A DNA stretch of 64,000 nt from Ktedonobacteria bacterium (lineage in GTDB: Bacteria; Chloroflexota; Ktedonobacteria; Ktedonobacterales; JACDGC01). Shown here piece by piece: positions 38,344 to 48,286 of this stretch. Below the pieces are notes generated by a model, which saw only the letters and a list, made by a program, of their open reading frames with translations, was not told where the DNA came from and searched no databases. Position 1 is the first letter of the stretch; each line of letters opens with the position of its first letter. Made by a program: the position numbers and the translations under genes. The DNA lies in contig DAIDHM010000065.1 in NCBI GenBank assembly GCA_027459705.1, forward strand, positions 548-64,547. Reading direction: 5' to 3'.

Positions 38344-39369
38344 ATGATGGCAGAGAGTAGTGCGTCGATCGCGGTGATGACCTATAACATCCTCGTGGGC
38401 GGTCGAGATCTTGGCATGGATCATGGGCGGCTGGAACGCATCGCGGCGGTGATGGCAGCGGCGCGGCCAGACATCGTCGGGGTGGTGGAAGCCAACGATC
38501 CCGCGGCATTCCGCGCGTTGGCCGCAGAGATGGATATGGAGAGCGTCATGGGCCTGGCGCGCACGGGTTCTCATGTCGGTGTCATGAGTCGCTGGCCAAT
38601 TTTGGCCTGGCATCAACATGACGATCCTAGCTTGCGCAAACCATTTCTTGAAGCAGAGATTGCCATTCCTGGCGAGCCGCAACCCTGGCATATATTCGTT
38701 GGGCATCTCACCGCGGATTTCGCTGCCGGCGCGGCATCTGAGCGGCGGCGCCTGGCTGAGGCGCGCATTCTGCTGGCGGCGATGGCGGAGTGCCGCCGCC
38801 TGGGCCAACCCCACCTGGCGATGGGTGATTTCAATTCGCTGGCACCTGGTGAACCTTTTGACGCAGTCCGGCTGATAACCCGCATCATTGAGATCGACGC
38901 CATGAGCCAGGCGCAAGGTGTTCCGCAGGACGGGATGCCACATTTGCAACATATCACACCCGGTCCGCTCCGCAAATTGACACCGCTGATCAAGCGCATT
39001 CCAACGATGCCCTGGCTGGCGGGTTTGGTGGCCTTCGCGGCACATCTTTACCTGCCACGACTGGTCTACCCTGCCATTGCCGCCGCAGGGTATGTCGAAT
39101 GTTTGCGCCAGAGCATTGGTGACCCGCGCGCGATTCCTCCGACGTGTCCGTTGCCATCACCCGCTGGACGTATCGATTACCTGTGGGCTTCGCCCGACCT
39201 CGCCCAGCGGTTACGCGGCTGTGCGGTGTTGACCGACGAACCAGGACAACCAGTGTTGACGGCATCCGATCACGCGCCAGTGCTGGCACGCTTCACGCCG
39301 ATTCTGGTCGCCCCCGAAGCTACCGGTAGGTCTGTGGAGACGTCACGCATCATGGCAGTGGAGGAATAA
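38344..39369 (+). CDS. Endonuclease/exonuclease/phosphatase (EEP) family protein
   Basis: IAVMTYNILVGG at the N-terminus, internal GDFNS, and C-terminal RIDYLWAS...ASDHAPVLARF. The ORF opens at 38215, but ATG 38344 immediately precedes the conserved N-terminal strand. Confidence 0.8.
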   Translation: MMAESSASIAVMTYNILVGGRDLGMDHGRLERIAAVMAAARPDIVGVVEANDPAAFRALAAEMDMESVMGLARTGSHVGVMSRWPILAWHQHDDPSLRKPFLEAEIAIPGEPQPWHIFVGHLTADFAAGAASERRRLAEARILLAAMAECRRLGQPHLAMGDFNSLAPGEPFDAVRLITRIIEIDAMSQAQGVPQDGMPHLQHITPGPLRKLTPLIKRIPTMPWLAGLVAFAAHLYLPRLVYPAIAAAGYVECLRQSIGDPRAIPPTCPLPSPAGRIDYLWASPDLAQRLRGCAVLTDEPGQPVLTASDHAPVLARFTPILVAPEATGRSVETSRIMAVEE

Positions 39370-39373
39370 GTCG

Positions 39374-40126
39374 ATGTCGAGCCCTCCCGCACTGGAGACG
39401 CGCGCGGCACATCAACGCCGCGCGGTGAATATTGGGTTGCTGGGGATGGCGCTGGGCGTCATCGTTGTCTTGTTCCTCGCGGTTCTCTTCGTCAAACTTA
39501 CGGATGATGTCATCGAAGCGGAGATCCTCCCGATCGATACCGCCATCATCCTGGCAATCCATAGCACCACATCGGCATGGCAGACGGCGGTGATGCTCCA
39601 GGCGACGAACTTTGGCAAATTGTACGAGGTCTTCCTGGCGATTGGCTGGTTCCTCATAGGTGGGGTCATCACTTACCGTGCCTGGCAACGGAAGCGCGCT
39701 GTCGTGACCTTGTTGCTGGCAACTATCGCCCCTCCGATCGCCGTTCTCGGGGCCGCTATTCTCTCGGAGATAGTCAAACTACTCGTCGGGCGAGCGCGGC
39801 CGCATCTCTTCCCGCCCCTTGCTCCGGAGTCTGGCTTCAGTTTTCCGAGTGGCCACATGTTGACCAGCATCGCGTTTTATGGCATGTGCGCGATCGTCAC
39901 ATCGTGGTTCCTCACTGGTTGGGGCCGTTGGGCCATCGCGTTGTTGAGTCTCTTCCTCATTCTCTTGGTTGGCTATTCGCGGATCTACCTGGGTGTGCAT
40001 TATCCCAGCGATGTCCTGGGGAGCGCTCTGCTGGGCACAGCCTGGTTAACTACCCTGGTGTTGACCCTGAACGTCGTCTCCGGGCATCTCCAACGTGCCC
40101 AAGCAGTGCCAGCTCAGGGGCATTAA
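39374..40126 (+). CDS. PAP2-family lipid phosphate phosphatase (undecaprenyl-diphosphatase/phosphatidate phosphatase type)
   Basis: The three PAP2 motifs are present: KLLVGRARP, SFPSGH, SRIYLGVHYPSDV. Multiple TMs. It starts 4 nt after the EEP gene. Confidence 0.9.
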   Translation: MSSPPALETRAAHQRRAVNIGLLGMALGVIVVLFLAVLFVKLTDDVIEAEILPIDTAIILAIHSTTSAWQTAVMLQATNFGKLYEVFLAIGWFLIGGVITYRAWQRKRAVVTLLLATIAPPIAVLGAAILSEIVKLLVGRARPHLFPPLAPESGFSFPSGHMLTSIAFYGMCAIVTSWFLTGWGRWAIALLSLFLILLVGYSRIYLGVHYPSDVLGSALLGTAWLTTLVLTLNVVSGHLQRAQAVPAQGH

Positions 40127-41711
40127 AGGCCAGCGACGCCGCCAGATAGGTCAGGATGCCTACGGCAACGGGAACGACCAGCGCCACGATCTGCTCGGGT
40201 AGGGTCGCGTGTGGCAAGTCCGCGCAACGCGAGGTCAGGGCTGCCATCAAGATCCCGGCGCAACCAGAACGGATGAGGGTGCCAAGTATCGGTCGATCCC
40301 AGATCCCATGGATCCGCCAGTTGAGCATTACCATCAGACAGAGCGCGGTCGCGATATGTTGCGCAGCGTTCGCCATGGCCAACGCGGGCATCCCTACCGT
40401 TCGGTAGTTGGGCAATGCGACCAGCAAATAGGCGCCCCCCCCGATGAGCGTCGCCAGGACGGGCAAATATGGTTGGCGGCGGGCGTAGCACGCGGCGATG
40501 CCGACCTGCTCTACAGCGATCGCGGGCAGTTCCGCCGCATAGGCGCGCAACGCCAGCGCCGTGCGCGCCGTATCGGTGGCACCGAAGGCATGGTGCTGGA
40601 AGAGCAACGCGACGATCGGCGTTGCAGACGTCAGATACAGTACCATCACCGGTGTCATCAAGAAGATGCCCAGGCGGGTGCTCATCCGGGTGATGGTGGC
40701 AAAGCGCGTGGGATCGTTCGTGGCGCGTGCCAGATCAGGCAGTGCGGCGAAGGCCAGTGCCGCGGCCACCAGGCCGACAGGGAACTGAATCAGTGCGGTG
40801 GCGCTGGCGAGTGCGGCGATATTGGGGCCTCCAAAGCTATGGGTCGCCTGGTCATAGGTCTGCGATTGTAACGACTGATCGACGGCCTGGATGAGAATAC
40901 CAATCAACATGCCAGCCGCCACTGGCGCGTAGAGCCACACAATGCGCCACAAGATGGCGCGTTGCGCTGACGGTGTTGCTGGCGTGGTGTCGATGGTGGG
41001 AAGGCCTGGGCGTCGCCTGGTCTGCCACCAGAGCAGTGCGGCCTGCGCTGCGCTCCCCAGCACCAAACCCAGCGCCAATGCTCGCACTCCCAGGCGCGCA
41101 CCCAGCGTCAATGCGGTGACACAGACCCCCAGGTGCAACGCCCCAGCGGCGAGCGCCGTGAGTTGCTGGCGCCGTGCAGCAGCCAGCCATGCTCCCAAAA
41201 CCGCCGAAAAGCCACCCAGCGGTAAGGCTAGCGCGCTGATTCGCAAGAGGGCGGTTGTTGCGGTGCGATTGGGCAAGGTAAAACCAGGATTGAGTGCGGC
41301 GACAAACCAGCCGGCTCCCACCCAGAGGATGAGCGTGGCCAGCCCCAACAATACTGCCGTCGCGCGCAGCACAATGCTCAGCGCGTGCGCGCCGCGACGG
41401 TGGTCGGCCTGCCCTTCAGTCACGAATGTCGGGATGAGTGCCGCACTGACCGCGCCACCGACCAGGAGGTCGCTGAGGAATTGTGGCAGCTTCAACGCGG
41501 CGAAATAGGTTCCAGCCGCAGTCTGGCTGAAGAGGGCATTAGTGACGAGGAGGCGCAGCATTCCCAGCCCGCTGCTCAGCAGGGTGCTGAGCATAATCAA
41601 CGTCGCTTTGTTGACGAGGCTATGCTGATCGGTGGCCGCATCCGAGCGTGACACGGGGCGTATCGCCCCGCTGGCTTCCTGTTCCTGGCGCATGACAGGC
41701 GCGGGTCGCAA
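40050..41711 (-). CDS. murJ: Lipid II flippase MurJ/MviN family
   Basis: 553 aa with about 14 TMs. N-terminal LLSSGLGMLRLLVTNALF...LPQFLSDLLVGGAVSAALIPTF is typical of MurJ. The start (TTG 41711 or ATG 41693) is uncertain. The 3' end overlaps the convergent PAP2 gene by 77 nt. Confidence 0.85.
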   Translation of the reverse strand: MRPAPVMRQEQEASGAIRPVSRSDAATDQHSLVNKATLIMLSTLLSSGLGMLRLLVTNALFSQTAAGTYFAALKLPQFLSDLLVGGAVSAALIPTFVTEGQADHRRGAHALSIVLRATAVLLGLATLILWVGAGWFVAALNPGFTLPNRTATTALLRISALALPLGGFSAVLGAWLAAARRQQLTALAAGALHLGVCVTALTLGARLGVRALALGLVLGSAAQAALLWWQTRRRPGLPTIDTTPATPSAQRAILWRIVWLYAPVAAGMLIGILIQAVDQSLQSQTYDQATHSFGGPNIAALASATALIQFPVGLVAAALAFAALPDLARATNDPTRFATITRMSTRLGIFLMTPVMVLYLTSATPIVALLFQHHAFGATDTARTALALRAYAAELPAIAVEQVGIAACYARRQPYLPVLATLIGGGAYLLVALPNYRTVGMPALAMANAAQHIATALCLMVMLNWRIHGIWDRPILGTLIRSGCAGILMAALTSRCADLPHATLPEQIVALVVPVAVGILTYLAASLAFNAPELALLGHVGDARRRRSGSTPG

Positions 41712-41731
41712 CCTCTATGCCGCAGGAGCGA

Positions 41732-42247
41732 TTATGTCGCGTCTTTGATGCGTGCGATCAATTCCGTGGTGGAGTGGCTGGGGAGGTAGGCTACCAATTC
41801 GATGCGACCGCCCATCGTGAGGACAGTTGCCGCTTCGGGCAATGGCTTCCCTGTGATGGTGGCATCGGTGGCCGACGTCAACGCGTAATCGCCACCCTTA
41901 ACGTAGATATCGGGGCGCACGATCTGGAGCAATGTCTCGGCGGTATCTTCCTCAAAGATCGTCACCAGGTCCACACATGCCAGCCCAGCAACCATCTCGG
42001 CTCGCTCAAGTTCCGGGACGATGGGTCGGGATGGACCTTTCAGGCGGCGAGTCGAGGCGTCGGAATTGATGCCAACGATCAACGCATCTCCCATGCTCCG
42101 CGCCGCTTTCAGGTAACGTAGATGCCCGATGTGCATCAGGTCAAAGACTCCATTGGTGCAGACGATGATAGGCGCGCGGGCGCGCAATTGTCGCACTGTC
42201 GTTGCCAAAGCGGCGCGGGGGATCATGCGAAGAAGTGCGTCGGCCAT
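41732..42247 (-). CDS. hldC: D-glycero-beta-D-manno-heptose 1-phosphate adenylyltransferase (RfaE/HldE domain II as separate protein)
   Basis: VCTNGVFDLMHIGHLRYLKAARSMGDALIVGINSDASTRRLKGPSRP...YVKGGDY is near-canonical for the cytidylyltransferase-fold HldE C-terminal domain. TAATG overlap with the upstream kinase gene. Confidence 0.88.
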   Translation of the reverse strand: MADALLRMIPRAALATTVRQLRARAPIIVCTNGVFDLMHIGHLRYLKAARSMGDALIVGINSDASTRRLKGPSRPIVPELERAEMVAGLACVDLVTIFEEDTAETLLQIVRPDIYVKGGDYALTSATDATITGKPLPEAATVLTMGGRIELVAYLPSHSTTELIARIKDAT

Positions 42248-43263
42248 TACCAGGCGATCTCCAGACTGGCCACCGCGTGCAAAAGTTCATCAGGACTTGT
42301 CGTGGCGCACCCCAAGCGTCGCACAACCAATGCCGCGGCGACGTTTGCCAGCGCCGCCGCGTCGGGCAATGTCGCCCCCGTCGCGAGTGCCAGCGTGAAC
42401 GTGGCGGCGACTGTATCTCCCGCGCCAGTGGTATCACGCACTTCGCTGGGATAGGCAGGGATATGCGTCGTCGCCATCGATCGTTCAAAGACACTCATCC
42501 CGTCGCCACCGCGCGTGATCAGGACGCTCTGCACATTGGTCTCGGCCAGCAAACGTCGTCCCGCAACTTCCAGGCTCGTGCTATCCTGGATGACCATGCC
42601 AGCCGCCATCTCGGCTTCCTGCAGATTTGGGGTGATAGCGGTTGCATGCTGAAAGCGTCCCAGATTCTCGTGGGCATCTGCCACCAGGACCGTATCGTGG
42701 CGCCGTGCCAGCCGCATTGCGGCTTCCACCAGTGGGAGCACCATCAGACCATTATCATAATCTGACAGGATGACGCCATCCAGGTGCGGGAACAGTATGT
42801 GGAGGCCATTGATCAGATGTTGAACAGTCTCATGCTCAGGCGGCGAGTTATCAATCGTATCGATGCGTGCCATGTGTTGTGCGGGGGCTTGCCCATTGCT
42901 CGCTAAGATGCGTAGCTTGGCGTTGGTGGGTCGTCCTGGCTCGCTAAATAAGAGATCTTGATAAATGCCCAATTCACTGAGTCGTTGGCGCAGTTTTTGT
43001 CCGGCCTGATCATCGCCGATTAATCCGGCAACATGCACTTCAGCGCCCAGCGTCCGCGCATTGACCGCCGGATTCAATGCGCCACCTGGTACGATGAAAT
43101 GCTCGCGCTGATTGACCACCGGGATCGGAGCTTCTCGCGATATGCGCGCCACCTGGCCGATTCGATATTCATCCGCGATCAGATCCCCCAGGACAAGGAT
43201 GCGTTTGCCAGAGAACGCGGCGATGATCTCACTCAGTCGTGAGGACCATGGTCGCTTGCTCAT
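42247..43263 (-). CDS. hldA: D-glycero-beta-D-manno-heptose 7-phosphate kinase (RfaE/HldE domain I as separate protein, PfkB fold)
   Basis: ILVLGDLIADEYRIGQVARISREAPIPVV matches the HldE kinase signature (RISPEAPVPVV type). C-terminal PfkB motif DTTGAGDTVAA. The ORF opens at TTG 43350. ATG 43263 is preferred on N-terminal length. Confidence 0.85.
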   Translation of the reverse strand: MSKRPWSSRLSEIIAAFSGKRILVLGDLIADEYRIGQVARISREAPIPVVNQREHFIVPGGALNPAVNARTLGAEVHVAGLIGDDQAGQKLRQRLSELGIYQDLLFSEPGRPTNAKLRILASNGQAPAQHMARIDTIDNSPPEHETVQHLINGLHILFPHLDGVILSDYDNGLMVLPLVEAAMRLARRHDTVLVADAHENLGRFQHATAITPNLQEAEMAAGMVIQDSTSLEVAGRRLLAETNVQSVLITRGGDGMSVFERSMATTHIPAYPSEVRDTTGAGDTVAATFTLALATGATLPDAAALANVAAALVVRRLGCATTSPDELLHAVASLEIAW

Positions 43264-43514
43264 TGGCGCGCCCAGCGTGCCAGTTGTTGGCCGACGCACT
43301 TCTCGGCTCTGTATAGGCTGGTTCACGCTCACAGCCGCCCTCCTGGACAAGATTGGAGCCAGGGTTGTATAGTTGGCATCGCTTGGATACCTCTTGAGAC
43401 GTTTGGTCGTAAGGTCACTACCTTTATGACGACCGATAACGAGTCAAAGCCACAAATCTCGCACACCCCAATGCGAGTTTTCCTGTTCAGCGCGAACGCG
43501 GTGATGTTGTCGCT

Positions 43515-44216
43515 TCATGCCAGGTCGTGTCCCTGCGCGTAGATCGCAGCCTGCGTGCGATCGCGCAGATTGAGTTTGCTCAATATACTCGAAACATGGT
43601 TTTTAACCGTGCCTTCGGTGATGAAGAGGGTCTCGCCGATTTCGCGGTTGCTGGCGCCACGAGCGACCAACCGCAACACCTCACGTTCTCGGTCCGTCAA
43701 TTCTTCTGAGAATGCCGATGTCTCGTCGTCTTGTGCGTGTGGGTGAAGGGATTCTGCGACCGATGATTGTTGGACATGCCGTACCAACTTTGCGGCGATT
43801 GCGGGTTGCAGGGGGGATTCACCACGGCGTGCGGACTGGATCGCCGCGATCAATTGCGTCACGGTCATGTCTTTCAACAGATATCCGCTGGCTCCCGCAT
43901 GCAACCCTGCCAGAATATATTCCTCGTCATCGAAAGTCGTCAGCATGATCACGCGGATCTCCGGATAGCGTTGGCGGATGCGGGCTGTCGCCGCGACCCC
44001 ATCCAGGCGCGGCATGCGGATATCCATCAGGATGACCTCGGGTAAGCGGTGCTCAGACCCCAGTCGATCCAGCATATCCAATGCTGCCTGGCCATCGGTT
44101 GCGGTGCCGACGACGCTCACCGTCGTCGCTTCTAATTCCAACAAGCGCTGAAAGCCTTCCCGCAGGAGGGCCTGATCATCGACGATGAGCACACGAATTG
44201 GCGCGGTTTCCATCAT
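43515..44216 (-). CDS. NarL/LuxR-family response regulator
   Basis: Receiver (IRVLIVDDQALLREG...VILMDIRMPRLDG...LLKD) plus LuxR HTH (LTDREREVLRLVARGASNREIGETLFITEGTVKNHVSSILSKL). Confidence 0.93.
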   Translation of the reverse strand: MMETAPIRVLIVDDQALLREGFQRLLELEATTVSVVGTATDGQAALDMLDRLGSEHRLPEVILMDIRMPRLDGVAATARIRQRYPEIRVIMLTTFDDEEYILAGLHAGASGYLLKDMTVTQLIAAIQSARRGESPLQPAIAAKLVRHVQQSSVAESLHPHAQDDETSAFSEELTDREREVLRLVARGASNREIGETLFITEGTVKNHVSSILSKLNLRDRTQAAIYAQGHDLA

Positions 44217-45529
44217 CAGTGTCCCTCTTCCGCCATGACTGGCTGGCGTAATGGTATTGTGACATCGACCCGCCAGCCCTGGCCTTGGATTGGTCCCGCT
44301 GTGACGCTCCCACTCAGCAAGGCGACGCGTTCACGCATACCAATCAGACCAAATCCTGCTGGGGGCGCGTTCGATGCAGTCGCACCACACCCATTATCCA
44401 GAACCGTCAGTTCGATTGTTCGGGCATCCACACGCAGGCGAATTAAGATCTTGCTGGCCTGCGCGTGTTTGCGGATATTCGTCAGGGCTTCCTGTGTTGC
44501 GCGGTAGATTGCTCCCCGTTGTTCCAGTGTAGTGGCATCCAGATCCCCTTCAATATCCACGGTCACCTCGATCGCATCGCTGGTGGTAGCCAATGTGCCA
44601 AGTTGGTGCATGGCTTCCGCGAATGAGGTGGCCGCTTCCAGTGAACCGGGGCGGAGTGCGTTCACCGAGGTTCGCACTTCACGCAAGCACTCACGGGCCA
44701 TCCGCAACGCGTCTGCCAATTCTGCTCCCAACTCCGGCGCATGGTGCTCTTCCAGGTGTGTCGCGGTCTCCAATTTGACGGCCAGCACGGTCAGATAATG
44801 TCCCAATGTATCGTGGATCTCGCGTGCCATCCGATTGCGTTCACGGGTGATCGCCAGATCTTCCGCCTGAGCGGCAGAGATGCGCAGTTGCGCATGGGCG
44901 GCGCTGAGATGGTAATGCGCCAGTGCCAGCTCTCCCATCATGACCTGTGTCTGACGTCGAGCCTCTACTTGCCTGCGCACCATGAAGACAAAGGCGATAG
45001 CAAAGATGAAGGCGCTGGTGATAGTGAAGAGATCATTCCAAATGCTCGCACCCAATACCAGATCAGTACGCACGATGGGAGCTATCGCACCCAGGTACGT
45101 GGCAATGGCGAAAAGCACGACACGCCGCCATGGCGCAAGTGCCAGCAACACCCCGACCGTAATGACCGGCAACAACCAATTATAACCCGTACCTAGCCAT
45201 GACACCCAACTAGAGGCGGTGGCGCAGATCGCGAGCATCGCTGCCCACAAAACGGTGGTGCGCGTGCGATTGCCCACCACCGTACAACGCTCGAAGCGTG
45301 TATAGCTGATAAACCAGCCGATTTGACTCAGTGTCAACGCACTAAATCCAATCAGGGTGAGGTGTGGCTGCTTGATCAGTGCAATCAAATATCCCAAGCC
45401 TGCGCAAGCTGACGTGATGGCATTGACCGTCCGCCATTCTATCTCTGTTGAGTCTGGCGTGCTCCGGGTTTCTTCTAGCGCGCCGTACGGCGCATTGTTC
45501 AGTTCCGCCATAGGTCGCTCCTCCCGCAA
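44216..45529 (-). CDS. Membrane sensor histidine kinase (HisKA_3, DesK/NarX/LiaS-like)
   Basis: About 5 N-terminal TMs, H-box MAREIHDTLGHYLTVL, and an HATPase region (EALTNIRKHAQAS, DNGCG, GFGLIGMRERV). It overlaps the regulator gene by 1 nt. Confidence 0.9.
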   Translation of the reverse strand: MREERPMAELNNAPYGALEETRSTPDSTEIEWRTVNAITSACAGLGYLIALIKQPHLTLIGFSALTLSQIGWFISYTRFERCTVVGNRTRTTVLWAAMLAICATASSWVSWLGTGYNWLLPVITVGVLLALAPWRRVVLFAIATYLGAIAPIVRTDLVLGASIWNDLFTITSAFIFAIAFVFMVRRQVEARRQTQVMMGELALAHYHLSAAHAQLRISAAQAEDLAITRERNRMAREIHDTLGHYLTVLAVKLETATHLEEHHAPELGAELADALRMARECLREVRTSVNALRPGSLEAATSFAEAMHQLGTLATTSDAIEVTVDIEGDLDATTLEQRGAIYRATQEALTNIRKHAQASKILIRLRVDARTIELTVLDNGCGATASNAPPAGFGLIGMRERVALLSGSVTAGPIQGQGWRVDVTIPLRQPVMAEEGH

Positions 45530-45621
45530 TTTGGCTTTGCGCCATGTTGATCACCGCGTCTGCCAGAAGTGTCCGCTGCTCTTCTGAACAACGTACCCTC
45601 GCTGATTTGCTTTTCCGGCTT

Positions 45622-45650
45622 TTGTCAGTACGATGCGCTGTTTATACTAT
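45622..45650 (+). promoter_or_regulatory. Candidate promoter for the ABC-2 exporter operon
   Basis: TTGTCA (45622-45627), 17 nt, TACTAT (45645-45650). Alternatively TATACT with a 15-nt spacer. It lies in the divergent region between the kinase and ABC genes. Confidence 0.3.
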
Positions 45651-45854
45651 GCCAAATTGCCGCGGTGATTACCTCTCTCCTGAGTCATGTGATGGTCTTC
45701 GTTACTCTATCTTTCGTCATGCATTGCCACAGCCAAATTCGTACGTGATCCATGACGATCGAGACGCGCGCACCACCGTCACCTTCAGGTACCATTGGGT
45801 TGGCCGAACAACAATGTGCCGCGTGCCTCAGTGCACGATGGAAAGGAACGTTAC

Positions 45855-46862
45855 GTGCGAATATCTCATGAGAACCCATCGGTCGGTGGCGTGGCCCGGG
45901 TGAGTGGGGCCACGCTCACCAGGGCAGCCCCCCCGTCGGTTGTGCGCGTTGACCACCTTGTCAAACGCTATGGCGCAACCACCGCGGTCGCCGATCTCAG
46001 TTTCAGTGTACGACCCGGCGAGATCTTTGGGCTGCTCGGACCCAACGGTGCGGGCAAAACCTCAACGATCGAAATAATCGAGGGGATCCGTACCCCCGAT
46101 AGCGGGACCGTCGAGGTCTTTGGCCTTGATATTCAGCGCCAGCGACGCGCCATTCAGGGCCGTGTTGGTGTGCAGCTTCAGTCGACCACACTCTTTCCAG
46201 AATTGACTGTGCAAGAAACATTGGGGCTCTTTGGTTCCTTTTATCCCCATGCGCGACCTGTGAGGGAACTCTTGCGGGAGGTCGCGTTGGAAGAGAAAGC
46301 GCACGCCTTTCCCCAGGATCTCTCAGGTGGCCAGCGTCAACGATTAGCATTGGCGCTGGCGTTAGTGAACGAACCAGAGTTAGTCATCCTGGACGAACCC
46401 ACCACCGGCCTGGATCCGCAGAGTCGACGTGCGCTCTGGGATATCATCCAACAACTGCGACAGCGAGGCGTTGCGATCATCCTCACGACCCATTTTATGG
46501 ACGAAGCGCAGATACTCTGTGATCGCATTGCCATTGTCGATCATGGTCAGATCATCGCGGAGGATACCCCGGCCGGGCTGATCGCGTTGCTTGGCGCCAG
46601 CGCCGCGATTGCGTTTCAGGTTGTCGTGCCAACAGGCGCGACCGCGCCAGACCTGGCGATGGTGCGGCAGTTACCAGGGGTCGAGGATGCTCGCGCAGGT
46701 CTAGATCAATTGATTCTGTATACTCGTCAGACCGAGCCGACGCTCATCGCTTTGCTCCATCTCGCCGAACACGCGGGAGTGACGTTGGAACATCTGCAAT
46801 TGCACACACCTACCCTCGAGGATGTCTTCATAAAATTAACCGGTCGCCAACTCCGCAGCTAA
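45855..46862 (+). CDS. ABC-2-type exporter ATP-binding protein (DrrA/CcmA-like)
   Basis: Walker A GPNGAGKTS, signature LSGGQRQRLALALAL, Walker B LVILDEPTTGLD. The ORF opens at ATG 45795. GTG 45855 (AAAGGAA RBS) and GTG 45891 are alternatives, so the start is uncertain. Confidence 0.88.
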   Translation: MRISHENPSVGGVARVSGATLTRAAPPSVVRVDHLVKRYGATTAVADLSFSVRPGEIFGLLGPNGAGKTSTIEIIEGIRTPDSGTVEVFGLDIQRQRRAIQGRVGVQLQSTTLFPELTVQETLGLFGSFYPHARPVRELLREVALEEKAHAFPQDLSGGQRQRLALALALVNEPELVILDEPTTGLDPQSRRALWDIIQQLRQRGVAIILTTHFMDEAQILCDRIAIVDHGQIIAEDTPAGLIALLGASAAIAFQVVVPTGATAPDLAMVRQLPGVEDARAGLDQLILYTRQTEPTLIALLHLAEHAGVTLEHLQLHTPTLEDVFIKLTGRQLRS

Positions 46863-46924
46863 ATTGCTGGCGCAAGTGCTGACGCGGCAGCAAGATGAAG
46901 TCCGCGAAGAAAGCGTGAAGTGTT

Positions 46925-47992
46925 ATGCGAACGTACCTGCGTCTCACGAGCTCCATGATTCAGATGTTGCGCCGGAATGTGGCGTTGGTCCTCAGCAGTC
47001 TGGGCCTGGGAATCGTCTCGATTCTGGCATTTGGCCTGCTTTTCGGTAATGGCGGCAATGTCACTCCTCAACTGGGGGTTGTGGATGAAGACCAAACCCC
47101 GCTGACCACGCAGATGATTCAATCGCTCGCACATTCCACTACCGTCCATATCTCGATTGGCAGTCGTGCCACAGAAATTGATGCATTGCGTGGCGCGCAT
47201 CTCAACGCAGTCATCATTATGCCGGCGGGCTTCACTGCCGCGCTCATGGGCGGTAACGCCCAGATGCCCGTTTACTATGACCAGAGCAATCCAACGTCCT
47301 GGTTGATAGCACAGGTGACCGTGCAACAGGTGGTACAGCAGCTCAGCGGCGTTCATCTACCCATCACTTTGCAGACTCAGGCGATCAGCGTCCACAATCT
47401 GCGCACCATCGATTTCCTGACGCCTGGCATGATCGGGATGATGCTCATGTGGGCCAATCTGGGGATCGGGACCATCCTGGTCTCCTGGCGACAGGTGGGC
47501 ATCATGCGCAGGTTGGCGGCGACCCCATTGCGCCCAGGGATACTGATCGCCGCGCAGATGTCGGCGCGCTTGTTGCTCTCGCTCATCCAGGCAGCAATGT
47601 TGTTGGTGATTGCGATGACAGTGTTCAAGGTGCCGGTCTATGGCAATCTTGGGCTGCTGGCAGGGGTAGTGACCCTGGGAACCCTGACCATGTTAGCGAT
47701 CGGCTTCATCATTGGTGGATTGACCGCCAAACCAGAAGTCGCCAATGCCATCACCTTCCTGATCAGTTTCCCGATGATGTTCCTGGGCGGCTCCTACTTT
47801 TCGGTGGACAATGCCCCGGCTTTCATGCGCCCGGTGACGCAATTCCTCCCCTTGACACATCTCAACGACGCATTGCGCCAGATTATCAACAATGGGGCCT
47901 CCTTTGCTGCCATCCAGAACGATGTCTTCGTCCTGATTGCCTGGATTGTGCTTGGAAGTTTGGTCGCCACACGCGCATTCCGCTGGGTCTAG
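46925..47992 (+). CDS. ABC-2 family transporter permease
   Basis: 355 aa. One N-terminal TM, a loop of about 130 aa, then 5 C-terminal TMs: the typical ABC-2 topology. It is adjacent to the ATPase. Confidence 0.85.
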   Translation: MRTYLRLTSSMIQMLRRNVALVLSSLGLGIVSILAFGLLFGNGGNVTPQLGVVDEDQTPLTTQMIQSLAHSTTVHISIGSRATEIDALRGAHLNAVIIMPAGFTAALMGGNAQMPVYYDQSNPTSWLIAQVTVQQVVQQLSGVHLPITLQTQAISVHNLRTIDFLTPGMIGMMLMWANLGIGTILVSWRQVGIMRRLAATPLRPGILIAAQMSARLLLSLIQAAMLLVIAMTVFKVPVYGNLGLLAGVVTLGTLTMLAIGFIIGGLTAKPEVANAITFLISFPMMFLGGSYFSVDNAPAFMRPVTQFLPLTHLNDALRQIINNGASFAAIQNDVFVLIAWIVLGSLVATRAFRWV

Positions 47993-48286
47993 TGACTGAT
48001 GTGCGGTTTGACACTGAGGAAACCTGGCCTCAAACATCATACGCCTGGTTCCCTCAGCATGCTCTGTATCCCGTCATGTATCAGACTATGGTTGGTGGGA
48101 CTGGGCAAGGCTCTGGTAAAGAGGTGACGAAATCTGGGTGGGGCAGGCGCATCGCAGCGAGCGTGGGGACATGTGGGAAAACTCCACCGTGCACTTGCAC
48201 CGTCACCGCTCTAAGGCATATCATGTTGGCACGGCTTCCTGGTGACAGTAGCCGCGCCAACAGGTAGCTGAGAGGACGGACGCCCG

